Shown here piece after piece: positions 12,963 through 26,300 of a DNA stretch of 64,000 bases. A program made the position numbers and the translations under genes. Positions within the stretch are counted from its first letter, which is position 1. Every line of letters starts with the position of its first letter. Source of the stretch: Amoebophrya sp. A120 (lineage: Eukaryota; Protista; Dinoflagellata); assembly GCA_905178155.1 (NCBI GenBank), contig CAJINV010000005.1:8810449-8874448 (forward strand). Reading direction: 5' to 3'. Under the pieces are notes generated by a model. The model ran no database searches. It was not told the origin of the DNA and worked only from the letters and a program-made list of their open reading frames with translations.

Positions 12963-13145
12963 TATGCATTGCAAAAGCATCTTCAAACCAGTTCTTCTAG
13001 TACGTAGTATTTTTCTTACAAATTTAATCATTTAGTTTTGTCAGCGTGACAAATGAAATCTGTCATGGTCGTGAAGCACCTGGGAAACCAGATTTGGAGA
13101 TTCAAAAATGGAATTACTACGAGCGCGATGCTTTTGCACAGGATA
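12963..13145. mobile_element. Introner, family B-like
   Basis: TIR TAT-N4-TGCAAAAGCATC; TSD cgacg/ccacg. Confidence 0.8.
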
Positions 13146-13174
13146 CCACGAACCCGAGAAAGTCGGCAGGCACC

Positions 13175-13426
13175 TATCAAATGTAAAAATGTCTGGGTCT
13201 GGAAGAATGCATGTTTGTCATGCTTGTCTGGCATGACTCTTAAATCTGTCATGCACGTTACCCAAGAGCTCCATTTTTCTGTGATGCAGAAGCGCAGGTT
13301 GTCATGCGGAATTGGCAACACCTAGAAGCTCAGAAACTTGTCATGCTGAGCCAGCACTTGTAGCCTCATCATGAGACGCCACACAGCATCACAAGTTTCC
13401 AGACCCAGACATTTTTACACTTGATA
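13175..13426. mobile_element. Introner family A
   Basis: TIR; TSD gcacc. Confidence 0.9.
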
Positions 13427-13451
13427 GCACCAACTCTTTTGCCAAAGAAAT

Positions 13452-13735
13452 TATCAAGTGCAAATATATCTGGGTCTAGAAGAGTGCAGGACTTTGTCAT
13501 GCAGATTTTGCATGACCCATCATAAGGGCTGTGATGCATGCCCGAGCATCAGAGATCATTCTGCGAGAGAAACATTCTGATGGTCATACTGCATGACAAA
13601 TTCCCTCTCCGCGTAAAGCAAAAATTGGACCTCTACTTTTGCTGTTCATGCAATACAGATTCTATGTCGAGTCCAAAGGGACTAGCGTCACGAGTTGCAC
13701 TCTTCCAGACCCAGACTACACATTTGCACTTGATA
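13452..13735. mobile_element. Introner family A
   Basis: TIR; TSD gaaat/aaaat. Confidence 0.85.
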
Positions 13736-13753
13736 AAAATTACGATGTTCCCA

Positions 13754-14001
13754 TATAACTTGCTCAAAAGTTACAATCTCAAACGTTACAATAGAATCTG
13801 TGTTGCATGATGAGCATGACAGACTCGCACAGCGTTCCAACTTTATTTTCAATACAAATTTCGCCGGATTGTCGTAGGGTTTAGGGCTCCGGCACTTGTC
13901 ATGCGCACTCCTATGAGACTTGGCTAGATCATGCAATCTTGCATCACAGATTTCCATGCTCTACTGTGACGCTTGAGATTGTAACACCTGAGCGGGTTAT
14001 A
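13754..14001. mobile_element. Introner family K
   Basis: TIR TATAAC..GCTCA..GTTACAATCTCAA; TSD tccca/tcccg. Confidence 0.8.
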
Positions 14002-15218
14002 TCCCGTTTTCGTTCTTCACGACAACGTATTCCGGCAGGAGGAGTTATGGAAGTTCAAAAAGCCAGTCCGAAAGAACACCGAGACTTGTATTGCTTCACG
14101 TAGAAAAAGTAGGACTTTCTCCGATATTCTTCATACATTCATGGGCTTTACTCTTTTCTCCACTTATTAATGATAGGCTCTCTGACAACACAAATTCAGC
14201 TGTCTTTTTGAGTGATGTATTCTATTCATACACGATAGGCATTGATGAAATCGTCGGTCAGTAATGGGGTATGGAAACGAAAAACTCGATCGGTAGAACT
14301 ACCTCAGTCCGCGATGGGAAGAACTTGGCCTGACGAAGATGAGCATGAGAGTTTTAGTGTGTTTGAGTTAACAAATAGTGTTTCTTCATGCAGACAAAGA
14401 CAACTTCAAATCTTTTGATACAGAGACACACCAGCAAAGGCCTCAAGGTCATCATGCGCAGCACGACAATGTAAGCAGTTTCGAATGATTATCGTTCGAA
14501 TCCATGCACAAACACACGACGTGTCACGAACTACATTATGGTGCACCGATGGCATTTTTTGCTTCCATAGGGAGATCCTTCCGCACAATGCACCAACTAT
14601 GAAATTGAAAACGGATTTATTTGCTAGTTGGAGAAGTGAAGGAGTGTTTTTGTCTTGGAAGATCACAAAGAGCAGGACAGGCATGAATATTCTGCACTGA
14701 AAAGTGTTTATTTGAATGACAAAAGCGGACGATCCCGCATCGCACCAGCTGGCAAATAATTGCTTTCAATTTCATAACTTGAGCCGGGCCTTCAGGGTCT
14801 TTTCATCGGGTAGGATGCGGTCCATGTACTGTATATAATTTTTTTGGAATCAATCCGAGAGGAGAAGTTTTTGCATCATCAACGAGCTCCAAATCGAATC
14901 ATGCGTGGCAAGTCTTTTTTTTTTCATTTTCGGGGAAAACTACTTTCAGCCGCGTTAATGTTATACCAGGCTCGTCAGCGCCTCTTTCATCTGCTGCATT
15001 TCGGCTTTTGAAACTGTGTAAGGACGCAGATTGACCTATCCAAGGGAAGAGCAGATAGCAATAGCAGCTTGTCGTTAGCACCGAGGTAATAAACTACGCA
15101 AAGCATGACTTCGCATATCAGAAACCGAAAGACAAAGCTGGCGTGCCACAAAAAAAAACGCGACGACTCTTACTCTTAGTCTCGGGATCATTTTAACATC
15201 ACAAATCCCTATCCCATC

Positions 15219-15558
15219 GCCATGTCGCGCACAAGAAAGAACAAGAAGCTACACACCGCTAATATCTTCCCCTGGGTAAATCATCGGAGTAAAACGTAAG
15301 TCCCTCGCGGTGGCCGGGCGATCTGGAGGATGACGGGGAGTTGTGGTGGTTGTACGGCTATCCTGTGCAAAAGCATCGTATTCGTATTGCAATCATGCAT
15401 TACAAATCTTTTTGTCAAGAAGTCCAATCCGCATTACAAATTTTGTTTCTCATGCTGAGGAGATTTGTAATGCATTTATACCAGTACGATACTACTTTTG
15501 CAATCCATAACGGCGAGAGCGCGGGAGAGCGCTGGTACCCGTACGGGGATTTGTTCAT
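15219..15558 (-). CDS. Putative 5' exons (MNKSPYGYQRSPALSPYNHHN...), possibly of the 9491-10350 gene
   Basis: ATG at 15558; frame continues across introner 15359-15509; one in-frame TAG near 15260 is unexplained. Confidence 0.35.
15359..15509. mobile_element. Introner family B
   Basis: TIR; TSD acggc. Confidence 0.9.
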
Positions 15559-17399
15559 CTGTTGAATGGTTTATGTAGAGTCTTGGGTATGTACTTAGTT
15601 CATTCTGCATGACAAACTGCACTTACCATGCGATTTTTACCATGACAAATCGAAAGAGTCAACATTTAGATAGAATTCTATACCACCTGGACGTTGTAGC
15701 CGTACATCTTGTGCGGGGAACAGCCTTGTTGCCTGATATGCAACACAAATTTTCAACAGTCCTGGAAAGAGATAGAGACCATGCAAAATAAACAGAAAAG
15801 CGAACGACACCTATTTTTTTTTACTTACGACCAGACACCATGACCATGATCGCTCACCAGCAGGCATGAAATAGAAATATTTGCATGCTCGCAATACATC
15901 GCACTACCGGCTTCATCTCTAGAAGGACTGCGATCGATCTTCATTTCCCCCGCGGATACTTCGGATGAGAACGGAAGATGGACAAATGAGTCGGAAACGA
16001 CGGAAAATGATTTCTCTTTCAGAAATGATAATGAATTATACACGTAGGACTGGTTTTAGATGATCAAAAGAACAAATACAGATTGATTTACGTTTACTAT
16101 TTATCCTGATACAAAAACTATGTTCAGCCGCGATTTATTTTGCGACCACGCACCACTCCCTTTGTTCTTCTTGTTCTTCTTGTCATGCCAAAAATATACT
16201 GATTGCCCTATTTAGCGCATCCAAAGAATAGTTGTCTCGTCTTTTACCAACTCGTGCAAACGGAGTTGTTAGTACCCCTCTTCAACAGGCAATCCAGACG
16301 CAAAGCGAAAGCGGATTTCGCCTTACTATTGAGTTCGAAAGCACGCCATGAGAGGTGCGGCAAAGAATTTTTGCGCAGGTCGCAAAAAACAACGTGGCTG
16401 CACACATGTATTTCCGTGGATAGAATGAAGTTTTCGCTTATTTTCCTTTTCGTGACCCACGGGGGTGTCGACGATATAATTTTTTGTTTCTCTATCACTC
16501 AACTATTATTTCTAAAATTTTTTCAGAAGAAGGGTGAAGACGGAAGAAACTCACGACTGAAAAAGTCGGCTTACGTGGTAACCGTAACCGTAAGTACGAA
16601 AACCAGGAAGAAGAATGAAGGTGGATGCCTAAGAAACCCGACACTGTAGATAGTGTATTTCCAGCACACAATGTGCCTCAAGCCGCGGCTTGGAAAAAAA
16701 ATTCTTCAGGCAGCGTACTAGCAAGCTCAGTGCTGTGCATATTTACTGCGGATCCTCCGTGATTCTGCTGTATTAAGATTTTTCATTTTTACTAGGGATC
16801 TTTCTGTTTCTTTCTTCAGCAAGGAAAAAAAGAACCGACTGCTTTTTGTGTTCCTTCTTCAGAGGTCAACACAGAGGAAAATCTGTGATACCAATAGAAC
16901 TGAAATGACAAGCGCGTTTTCTTCCTAAGCACGGCGGAACACTGGGTGAAAACCACAATATTTTGATCCCAAAAATGCGTTTGCGCGTGTACTTGTATCA
17001 TTCGCAAATTTCTTTCATCCTGTTTTCTCAAATTCATATCATACCATTGGCAATTAGGATTAGTAGTGTTTTCATTTCGTTCTTCACACGATTGAAATCC
17101 ATCTAAATCAGTAAACATTTTCTAAGCATTTTTTAAAAAGCGCATTACTGAACCTTTATCGCACACTAAAGGTGTTGCTGTCATTATAAATGCGATGTTT
17201 CTTTTCCGCGCTAATTCGGTCAGTTTGAAAAACTTCTCAAAACCAGAAATCTATTTCTTGAAACTTGTGCTTGCTATGACCGATAAATTGTGAATCAAAA
17301 AAAGCAAGAGGTCTACTTCTACCAAAAAAAAATGACTCGCGGTTTTAAAGTCCATTCATACTCCTCTATACCAGAAGTAGCATCGCAAATTCCTTCCGC

Positions 17400-20300
17400 T
17401 CACAACTCCTGAAACCGCAGCGCAAAGGCGTCCGTCGTTGATCCTTGGTTGCCAACCCAACCGCCGACGACGTACATCGTGTCACGGACCGCAACCGCTG
17501 CGCCAGACATGACGCATTCTAGTGTTTTTTCCGGTTTTATCACATCATTCTCCTTTGAATTATTTTTATTGCTGGTCCCGCTAGTCGACGAGAATGCTGT
17601 GCTGTTATCCACGAGCAGGGGCTTCTTCCAGGTCAAGCTGTCCAAGTTATGGATTGCAAAAATGTCTGGGTCTGGAAGATTGCGAGGTTTGCCATGCAGG
17701 TTTTCCATAACCCATGAGGTCTGGTATGCAGGACATAGCATGACAGATTCTGCGAAACCTTTCCAATGCCTATCCTGCATGAGAAACTGCCTCTCGATTA
17801 GGTCAACAGTGCACAATCTGTGGCAATCATGCAACACAGTTTTTTGCCTGATTCAGATTTAGCATGACAAGTTGCATTCTTCCAGACCCAGACACTTTTA
17901 CATTTGATACAAGTTGAAGCACAACAACTCGTTCGCCGCCCGCCTGCCACCTATCCTGTGCAAAAGTATCGCACTCGTACTAATCGCAGTCATGCAAGAC
18001 AGATTTCTTTTTCAAGCTAAATCAGCATGACAAATTCCATTTCTCATGCTGAGCTAATTTGTATTGCAATACTACGAGTATGATACTTTTGCAGTTCATA
18101 CCACCTCCGAAAAACACAATTGTCGGGCCGATCTGGCACGCCATGTGGCACCGGCCGAGCAGGATTTGGTCGGGTCTGCAAGAAAAAAACTGTGTAAGTG
18201 TAAGTCTGTGATGCAGACAATGCAAAACAGTTACACTTGTCATGCTGGACATGCATCAGAGGCTCTTTCCGTACGTGTTTTCACGTACTAGCCGCGCATG
18301 ACAGACTCTCTCTGTCATGCAGAGCAAACTTGTGATGCTATTCCTCCAAGAAAGTTACACTAACACAGTTTTTTCCTTGGATATCGGGCTGGTTTTGCTG
18401 TAGTGGGGGAGCAGGATTGGTAGGAGAAGTGGAAATTCCTGCTGCGCCAAGAGTACCACCACGACTTGCAGTTGCACCCGAATTCACCATTCCGCCATTA
18501 CTCGTGTCTGCGACGGCTGGTAAGGCAGATGAACTGGACGTCGCTTGTTGTTGTTGACCAGCACTACGTGCAGCTCCTGCAGTAGATCTAGATGCTAACA
18601 TGGTATTTCTCGCATCATCCAGTAGGGCTGACAATGGCACCACCGACGTGACGCTTGTTGCCGACTGTTGCAACGCTGAGACTTGTCCCCGCTCTCCGCT
18701 TCTGGCTGCAGCTGCACCACTCTGCACAACTACAGGCTGAGATGTAATTGTTTCCTGTCGTGCCGCAGTTGATGTTCCTATCGTCCGTCGCCGCTCCTGG
18801 TTCTCCTGTGGTCCCGCGCTAGAGAGAGCCTATGAGAGTGCACAAACCCCCCTCCGCCTCATTTGTCATGCAAAGCGCCAAATCCAGTCGCTGTTTTCGG
18901 TGGCATTGTTTGCATGACAAGAAATTCCGGAAGCCCAAACAGTACTCCATGAGGTGCGCAAATTTGTCATGCGTAGGCCCCACGTGTGTTGGTGTTTCCA
19001 TTGCTGTCCATGCTATACAAATGAGGAGGAGGGGGTGTTGTACACTGTCATAAAGCCTGTTCCAGTTCCATCAATGCCCGTTCGTGCGCTTCCACCCGCC
19101 GCTCCCGCTCATCCAGTTCCGCTTCCCACTCGTCTAGCTCTTGTTCCTATGCATCGCAAATATGTCTGGGTCCTCTGGAAGAATGATTTGTCATGCAGAT
19201 CGTACATAACCCGCGATGTCTGTGATGTATTCCCTACCATCACAAATGCCTATCCCGCATGAGGAATGTCCCGTCCGCACAAGAACCAAAACTAGACATT
19301 TCTTGCTGCTCGACAGGCAATACAGATTTTTTTGGAATCCAGAAGCAGCATCACAAGTTCATCCACCTTTCCAGACCCAGACATCTTAGCAGTTGATAGT
19401 TCTGTGGGCTCGCGGTCGTCTCGCCGGTTCGCCAGAAACGGGCCAAGGAACGGTCTGGTAGAGGAGACAACAGCAGTAGTTCCAGTTGCAGCACGACCAG
19501 AACCGCCAACTTGTCTTGCAGAACGCCCATTATTCAGTGTTGTACCGCCCACCAGCAGTTGCCCCCCTCCCCGCGGCCCATCCGACCGGTCTTCCGCGTC
19601 TTCGTCAGAGTCAGAGGAGGAAAACCCGATCATATTGTCACTTTCTTCCTGACTGTCCCCCTGAGTTTCAAACAACGCGCGAATCCTAGCGGAGCTGTCT
19701 CGGCTCGCGGGACGGGGGCCAGCGTTGCTAGAGGAGGAGGCGGAAGAAGAAGAGGCTGCTCCGTTGGCGTTTGGCTCAATTCTAGCGGAGAGTTCGTTCC
19801 TCCTCGGCGTGATCGTCATATTCTCTGGGTACTCAATGTCTGGGTATTCGAAATCATCTTCATCGTCTTCCTGAAAAGGGTAGGAGCTGTTGACAGCAGG
19901 TTGTGGCTCATCATCCCGAACTATCTCATACGTGAAAGACGGCCTTCTATCGAGGTTGTTTACAGGACCGATCATAACTACCGGTCTTGCGCTGTCCTCC
20001 GGCGGTGTTTGCGGCGGGGAATGATTCGGGACATCAGCTTCAATATCCACGACGGACACGGCGGTGTCGTCGATAATTTGCTGTTCAACTTGTACTGCTG
20101 GATCGTGTCCTTGCGGACTAATACCACTATCAGCTTCGTCTTCTCTTCGAGGTGTCATACTAACATCGTTGTCTTCCTCTAGCAAGTCTCGGCCTTCCGC
20201 CCTCGGCGTACGCCCGATGTTCACCGTGTTCAATACACCAGTACCTTGATCAGCAGCTGTTTCACCGACTGAAGGTGCATCACCAGCGACCACCGCGGGC

Positions 20301-23300
20301 GGCGGCGGTGGCGGACTTCCGGCCGGGGGTTGTCTCGTCACTTGTACGTGTACCGCAGCAGAACTACTAGAACTACTGCTCGTTGGTGGAGCAACAGGAG
20401 GACCAACAGCGGTTCCATCCGCTTGCGCGAACTGCTGCGGCGGCGAGCTGGAACTGCCCGTGCTCGCAGGAGCTTCTTGTTGTTGTCCACCATTTCCACT
20501 TCTTCCCGAGTTAGCACTAGCAGCCACCAAGTCGTTGCTATCCGTCTCTCGGCGCAAACTGAGTCTGCTCAACACTGTCCCTGGCGTTGTACTGTTGTTC
20601 CTGTTCGCTGTGCTGGAACTACCCCCGCCGCCGCCGCGACTTTCCCGGCTCGGCATGCGCATCATGACATGGCTCATGGCGCCGATGAGTTGGGAAAACG
20701 GTCCTTGTCTCCTGTTCATGATCTCCTGCGTTTCCGGGTTTACCGGTGGCGGAATTTGTGTTGATGCACCACCGCCCACACGCGAGGACGACGTCCCAGC
20801 TTGTCCTTCCTGCAAGTTCACATGCCCGGGGGGTAACGACGATTGTTGCTGCCCGTGCACTACCCCAGTCGCAGACACCGCGGTGACTGGCGGTGTCGGC
20901 CGCGGGTAGGAGTGCCTTGTCCAGAAGTACGCGGGGGTTAGATTCCTTGCATTTGTGTTCAAATTCAACAAGCACAAGGGGCGCAAGTGGAATTCCCAAA
21001 CCACGCGTCCAAACGGGTCGTCGCCAGACCGCAGTAAGTCCCGACCAGTCCCGCCGCCGAAGAGGAACAGTGAGCACCGTTTTGTATCGAAAAACATCGT
21101 GTGGCCAAACCGCGCCGGCGGCCAAAGCGACCACCGCTGCAACTGCTCCTGGGAGGGGATAACTGCATGTTGAGAAGAAGTGCCAGGACCAACACCTGGT
21201 GCGCCAGCCCCAGCTGCACCACCAGCTATAATTTCGCTAGAGTTCCGCGCAGCGCCAACGTGGACGACAGAGCCCTGAATTAACGCGCGGGTCTCGTTGC
21301 TGATAGTGACCTGTCGCGGGCGGTTTGATGTCGTCGTACCAGTACCGCTTGTAATTGTCAGCCCACTTGCAGCAGCAGCTGCTCCAGTATGCGGAAACAA
21401 ATGGCTGCGCACGTTGTGCCGCACACCGGTCGTAGTGGTACCAGTAGTACCGGTCGTGCCATTTGCTCTGTCCCTATGCCTGTTCCTGCGACCATGCTGC
21501 TGTACAACTCTTCGTGGCGGCGGTAACACCCTCGTTGGGCGCACTTGCTGAGCGCTATTTTGTCCTTGTGCTGTCTGAACGTTATTTGCAGTTCCTCTGG
21601 CACCTGGTCCACCCGCCCTAGCTGCACTTGATGTTGCACCAGCAGCAGAAACATTATCCGTAATCACCCTAACCCGACTGGCCGTGCGATTTCTCGGGGC
21701 GGGACCTAAAACCAACGCTGAGTTCTGGGAGGAGGAGGACGGCGCTTGATGTAGTAGTGGTCCTCCTGTCGTCCTGCCAGCTGCAGTACCGCTCCTGGAA
21801 GCAGCTCTTGCCGCTGCATTCGAAGATGTAATCCCTCTTTCGTGCGCTTCGCGCTGCGACTGCCGCAGCAACAAAGGTGCGTCGATGAACTCGCGAGACG
21901 TGGTCCTGCTCTGCAGAATATCGTTCTCCAATTTCATCTTCGAGTTTCTCACACCGAGTGGTGACTCGAGTTCCGCCATTGGTAGAATCTGTTTCGGTAG
22001 TTTCCATTCCCGGATCTGCTTCCCGATTTCGTTTTCCTCCTCTTCCTCCCCAGCGGAGGAAATCGAGCTGGTTTCGGAGAAATTGTTGTCGACAATCCCC
22101 CGTCCGTTGTCCAGGAGGAATTGCCTGGTGTGCCGCAAATTACTATGCTCGGACCCTTTCAACTTCTTCTTGTGCTTGAACCGTTTTTGCGACACCGCGA
22201 GAATCTTCGTGGCATTCTGCTCGCCGGAAGTACCAGTTGCAGAAGTAGCGCCACTTTTGTTGTTCTTCCCTTTACTTATGTAATTCCTGCTGTTTGATAT
22301 TCCCTGCTTTCGGTATTCCTCCCGAAACGTGACCGAGTCAGTCAATTGTGTCATCAAGGAGTATGACAGTGTACTACTCCCGCTCACCCTCATTTGTATA
22401 GCATGAACGGCAATCAAGTGTCAGCAACTTGCTGACATAGCATGGACGTGCAAACTTGTGATGCAAAACCTGCATTCTTGCCAAGAATGCAGGTTTTGCA
22501 TCACAAATTTGCACAGGAGTGTAGTGCTATTTGGGCTGCCAGAACTTGTCATGCAAAAAGTGCCAAGAGGCAAAGGGTGGATTTGGTATTTTGCATTACA
22601 AATGAGGGGGAGGGGGAGTTGTGCACTCTCATAAGGAGTCATCAGCGTTCACTAACTGCCCGTGCAGGATGTGGCTTTCGTCTTGTTGGGGTCCTCTCAA
22701 CTCGTTGTCGTTGGCGTTATTGTTCATCTTGTCGTCGCGGTCCTCTGAAGAAACTTCGCTGATCGAGTTGTCGTCCCCATCTTCATCCGACGAAGATTCG
22801 GATGAACTACTCGAGCTGCTCGACTCGCTGCTAGAAGTATCCAACATACCGTCTGAAGAAAACGAGATGTCGTCATCGTCCGCCTGATCCGGTAGAATTT
22901 CTATTTCGGAATCCTCCAAGTCCATCACAATCTCGTTGAAATTCCGCTGGGTTGGCGCCCGACCCGTAAAGCCAAATTGGAAACGGGCACCAGTTGGGTT
23001 ATTGGCGCCTGGTTCATCGTTGTTCATCATTCCAGAGAATCTCGTCATTCCGGACAGCAAATTTTGCGTCGAATAAAACAGCTGCGTCAAAACCGCCGTG
23101 TTAATCGGCGCCCATTTCCAAGTTTCCGTGCACAGGAAACACAACTCCGATGAATTTCCCCCATCTGTAATCCCTCCGAAAAAAACGACCAGGGGGCGCT
23201 TGGATGCTACAATAGGACCAGGACCACCGGATGCGGCCGCTCCTGCCGAAGAACCGGTAGCTGACGAGGTAGCAGCAGCTCCAATCGCGCCATTGCTAGA

Positions 23301-26300
23301 AGGTGGGTTCAAAATTCGGGCAGCGATTGATGGGCTTTGCGGGGCCATTCCACCACCACTGCTTCTCGTACCAGCAGCGCTTGTGCCACTATTTGCAGTT
23401 CCAGTATTTGATGTTCCCTCAAGGACATTCCGGAACAGCCTGGGTCTCAACTGGTTCGACACACTAATGGGCAACACCGTGCAGGAATGGTACGACCTTC
23501 CCACCGGTGTGTTGTTATTTTGCGCCAGCGCTTTCTGCTCCCACCGCACCCGGTACTGCTTGGAATAGGCCTGATGTTGTTGTTCTTGCTGTGAAAATAG
23601 CTTGTTGGATGACGCAGCCGCGCCGCTTGAAGAAGTAGCAGCTCCTTGTGCAGCAGCTCCACCCGCAGGAGCGCCCTTCGGGCTGCTTTTTGTTTTGGCG
23701 CTGTTTGTCCCACCACCTTCTTTCGGCACCAGAAATTCCCCGACCGTGAGTAGAAACACGTCCATGCTGGCGTTGCAATACCCGCCGGATAAAAACCCGC
23801 CATAGACGAGAATCTCGCACTTGCGGTGGAGAAAAATTCCCTTCTCCTGCTGCAACCCGTTGATTCCGTAGAAAGCGTTCACGTGGAACGCGTTAATCTC
23901 GTGCGGAATTTTCACGCCAAAGTTGTGTTGCTGGCCAGCACCAGCAGTAGGCGTGGAAGCAGTTTGTGTTTGTGTTAGGTTCTCTGCATCACAAGAGCCT
24001 GTCGATGAAATCGTCTTCTGATGTGCGCCGTAACTGCCGAAGTTCTCCTCCACAAGTGTGACCATCGAATGACCGTAATGCATCCTGGGTGGGTAATTGA
24101 GCACGTTTTTGTCGTTCTCATTGGCCGTGCGGTTCAGTGTCAATTCCACTTCCATATTGACTTTCTCCAACGTTTCTTTCCCGTGTTGCAAAAACAAATG
24201 CAAAATCTGCTCCGACCGGTTCAAAATCGGCACGCGTTTCCACTTCAAATGCTTGACTTTCGGCTGTCCATTGAGTTTTTCCACCTGAAACGGCGGATCG
24301 GCAATCATCAGCTCCGCCGCGGGGGTAAAGCCCGACCAGGCGAACAGCTTCCGCCCGTCAAAACCCTGGCACAGCGCGTGGCCCTCTCGCGGGTGAAAAT
24401 TCTGGTTTTTTTCGATCTTGAAAAACTCCATCTTGTTGCCGTTGATGATAGATTTGTTGTGCCGGTAAATCTCGTGGATCTGCGGCGGGGATAAAGTGAT
24501 TGGTTTATTTTCGACCGGCTTGCTTGCCGATGGTCCCTCTACAACAACCGGAGGCTCCACGAAGTCAAGCTTCCTCCTTTTCGCGGCGTTGGAATTAGAT
24601 TTCACGCAGTCCTCAATGTCCAAATCGTCCAGAGTGGTAGTGCCAACATCCCCCGTCCCGGCGGTGGTTTGGAGATCCACTAAGATCTGGTCAATAATCT
24701 CCTCGGGCTCCTGTGCAGCAGCGGCGGCGGCCAGGGAGTCGTCGCTTGCGCTGTTGTTGCCGATTGTTAAGTTTGAGCGTTCACGCGGAAGTAGAGTGGG
24801 CTGAGCAGTGGACAATGGCATTCCAGCATTGGAACTGCTGCTGCTGGAAGATGAAGCCGCTGGTTGCCCCCGTTGCTGCGGTTGTAGTGCAGCTCTAGCA
24901 CCAGATGATCCTCCTGTAGTGGCCCCTGAAAAAAGACCTGCTGAAGTACTCGTAGTTGCCCCCTGTTCCATATCGTGACTCGCGGCCAGATACTGCGCCG
25001 CCGCCAAATACTGCGACAAAGCCGCATCGCCACTGGCGGTGTCATGATCGTGGTTTGAGGAGGATTCTTGCAACTGCGAAGGGTTACTATTTGTAGGACC
25101 ACGTACTACTGCTGCTTCCGGGCCGCGCATCGGAGCAGCTTCTTCTTCCCCTACTTCTTCCGAAGGCTGTTCCGGCCGCATGTTGAGAGCATCAGTAGCG
25201 CCTGTTCGTGTTCCTTCATCCGCTATGTCTTCTCGTGCAGCCAACGAAGCTGTTGACGGCAAGGGCGCGCTGGCGTTGATGCTGGGCATTTGTTGTTCCA
25301 GAGTTTGCTCCAACATCCTGACCCAGTTCGACGCGGGAGTATTGAACAAGCCTGAACGGAAGGTGTTATTTCCAGGCGGCCGAATGTTGACTACAGTGGA
25401 CGTAGTAGATTCGTTAATATTTTGATCATCATTATTCCCATTCGACTCGTCGCTCGCTGGCGGTCGCGCTTGCCGGTTTACAACAGTGGAACTAGATCCA
25501 CCGGTGCTACCCGTTGGAGCAGGAGCTTCTTGCTGTGCGAGATGATTATCATTATCTGCAGAAGTAGTAGATGCATTAGGAGCATTGGGACCCGCAGCAG
25601 GAGCACCTCCCACTTGACCCGCAGCCGCCATACCCGCCACAGGAGCATAGTGAGCAGCAGAAGTACCACCTCCCGCAGGTGCCCTCTGCAGCACAAAATT
25701 CCCCCCGCCACCGCGGATCAGCAACAATCGCTGGACCTGCTGGCGAAACCGGTTTAAAGATCCGTCCTGATCATCATCGTCGTCGTCGTCGTCCACCATC
25801 ATATTATCGGAGTCATCGTCACTATCGTCCCCATAGACGACCCGGTTATTGCTATTCCGTCGACCACCGCTACTCGCACCATCGTTCCGGCTGTTGGAAT
25901 CTGAGTCATCAGAGTCTGACTCCTCCTCCGGTGTTTTCGGGGAAATTTCGGCTACTACGTGTTTCTTATGCAATACAAATTTCCCGCACACTTACAAAAC
26001 GCATGACAAATTTCGGCACAACTCAAAGCATGCCACTTGTCATGCTGACTAGGATCGAAGGCAAGTCTTGTCATGCAGGAACCGCATTTGTGTGTGATTA
26101 TGTACGTGCACGTGTAATTGCATGGGAAAAATGACTGTACTGTGGATACTTTCGCGGCAAGTAATAGAGGTAGTCGTGGTCCCCGCAATCGCGCTTCAGT
26201 AATTCGCATCAAATGCAAAAATGTCTGGGTCTGGAAGAGTCATGCTGTTTTTGCATGACGCAGAAGGTCTGGCCTGGAAGCTCTAGCATCACAGGTTTCG

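Larger units (their letters stand above)
10800..14170 (+). pseudogene. Decayed plus-strand gene of unknown family interrupted by nine introner-type elements
   Basis: After removing elements one frame reads IYLSGLALECFDHRTKVGLKPIPHVLPIRIGIAGWIDEPEKVGRHQLFCQRNYDVPIFVLHDNVFRQEELWKFKKP across five junctions, and QVVLVVKEVPLNRQLHHVADLSKSQILEEF across two. Scattered stops and frameshifts. Confidence 0.45.

Noticed and set aside
10800-15300. Stop-codon reassignment (TAA/TAG=Q, TGA=W), as known in one Amoebophrya lineage
   Set aside because: Neighbouring ORFs of 1000-1500 codons have no internal stops and end at normal stops. The region also has frameshifts, so pseudogene decay is simpler.
14485-17118. 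Shared peptide HAQTH in two short ORFs
   Set aside because: A five-residue match is expected by chance among this many ORFs, and there is no flanking similarity.
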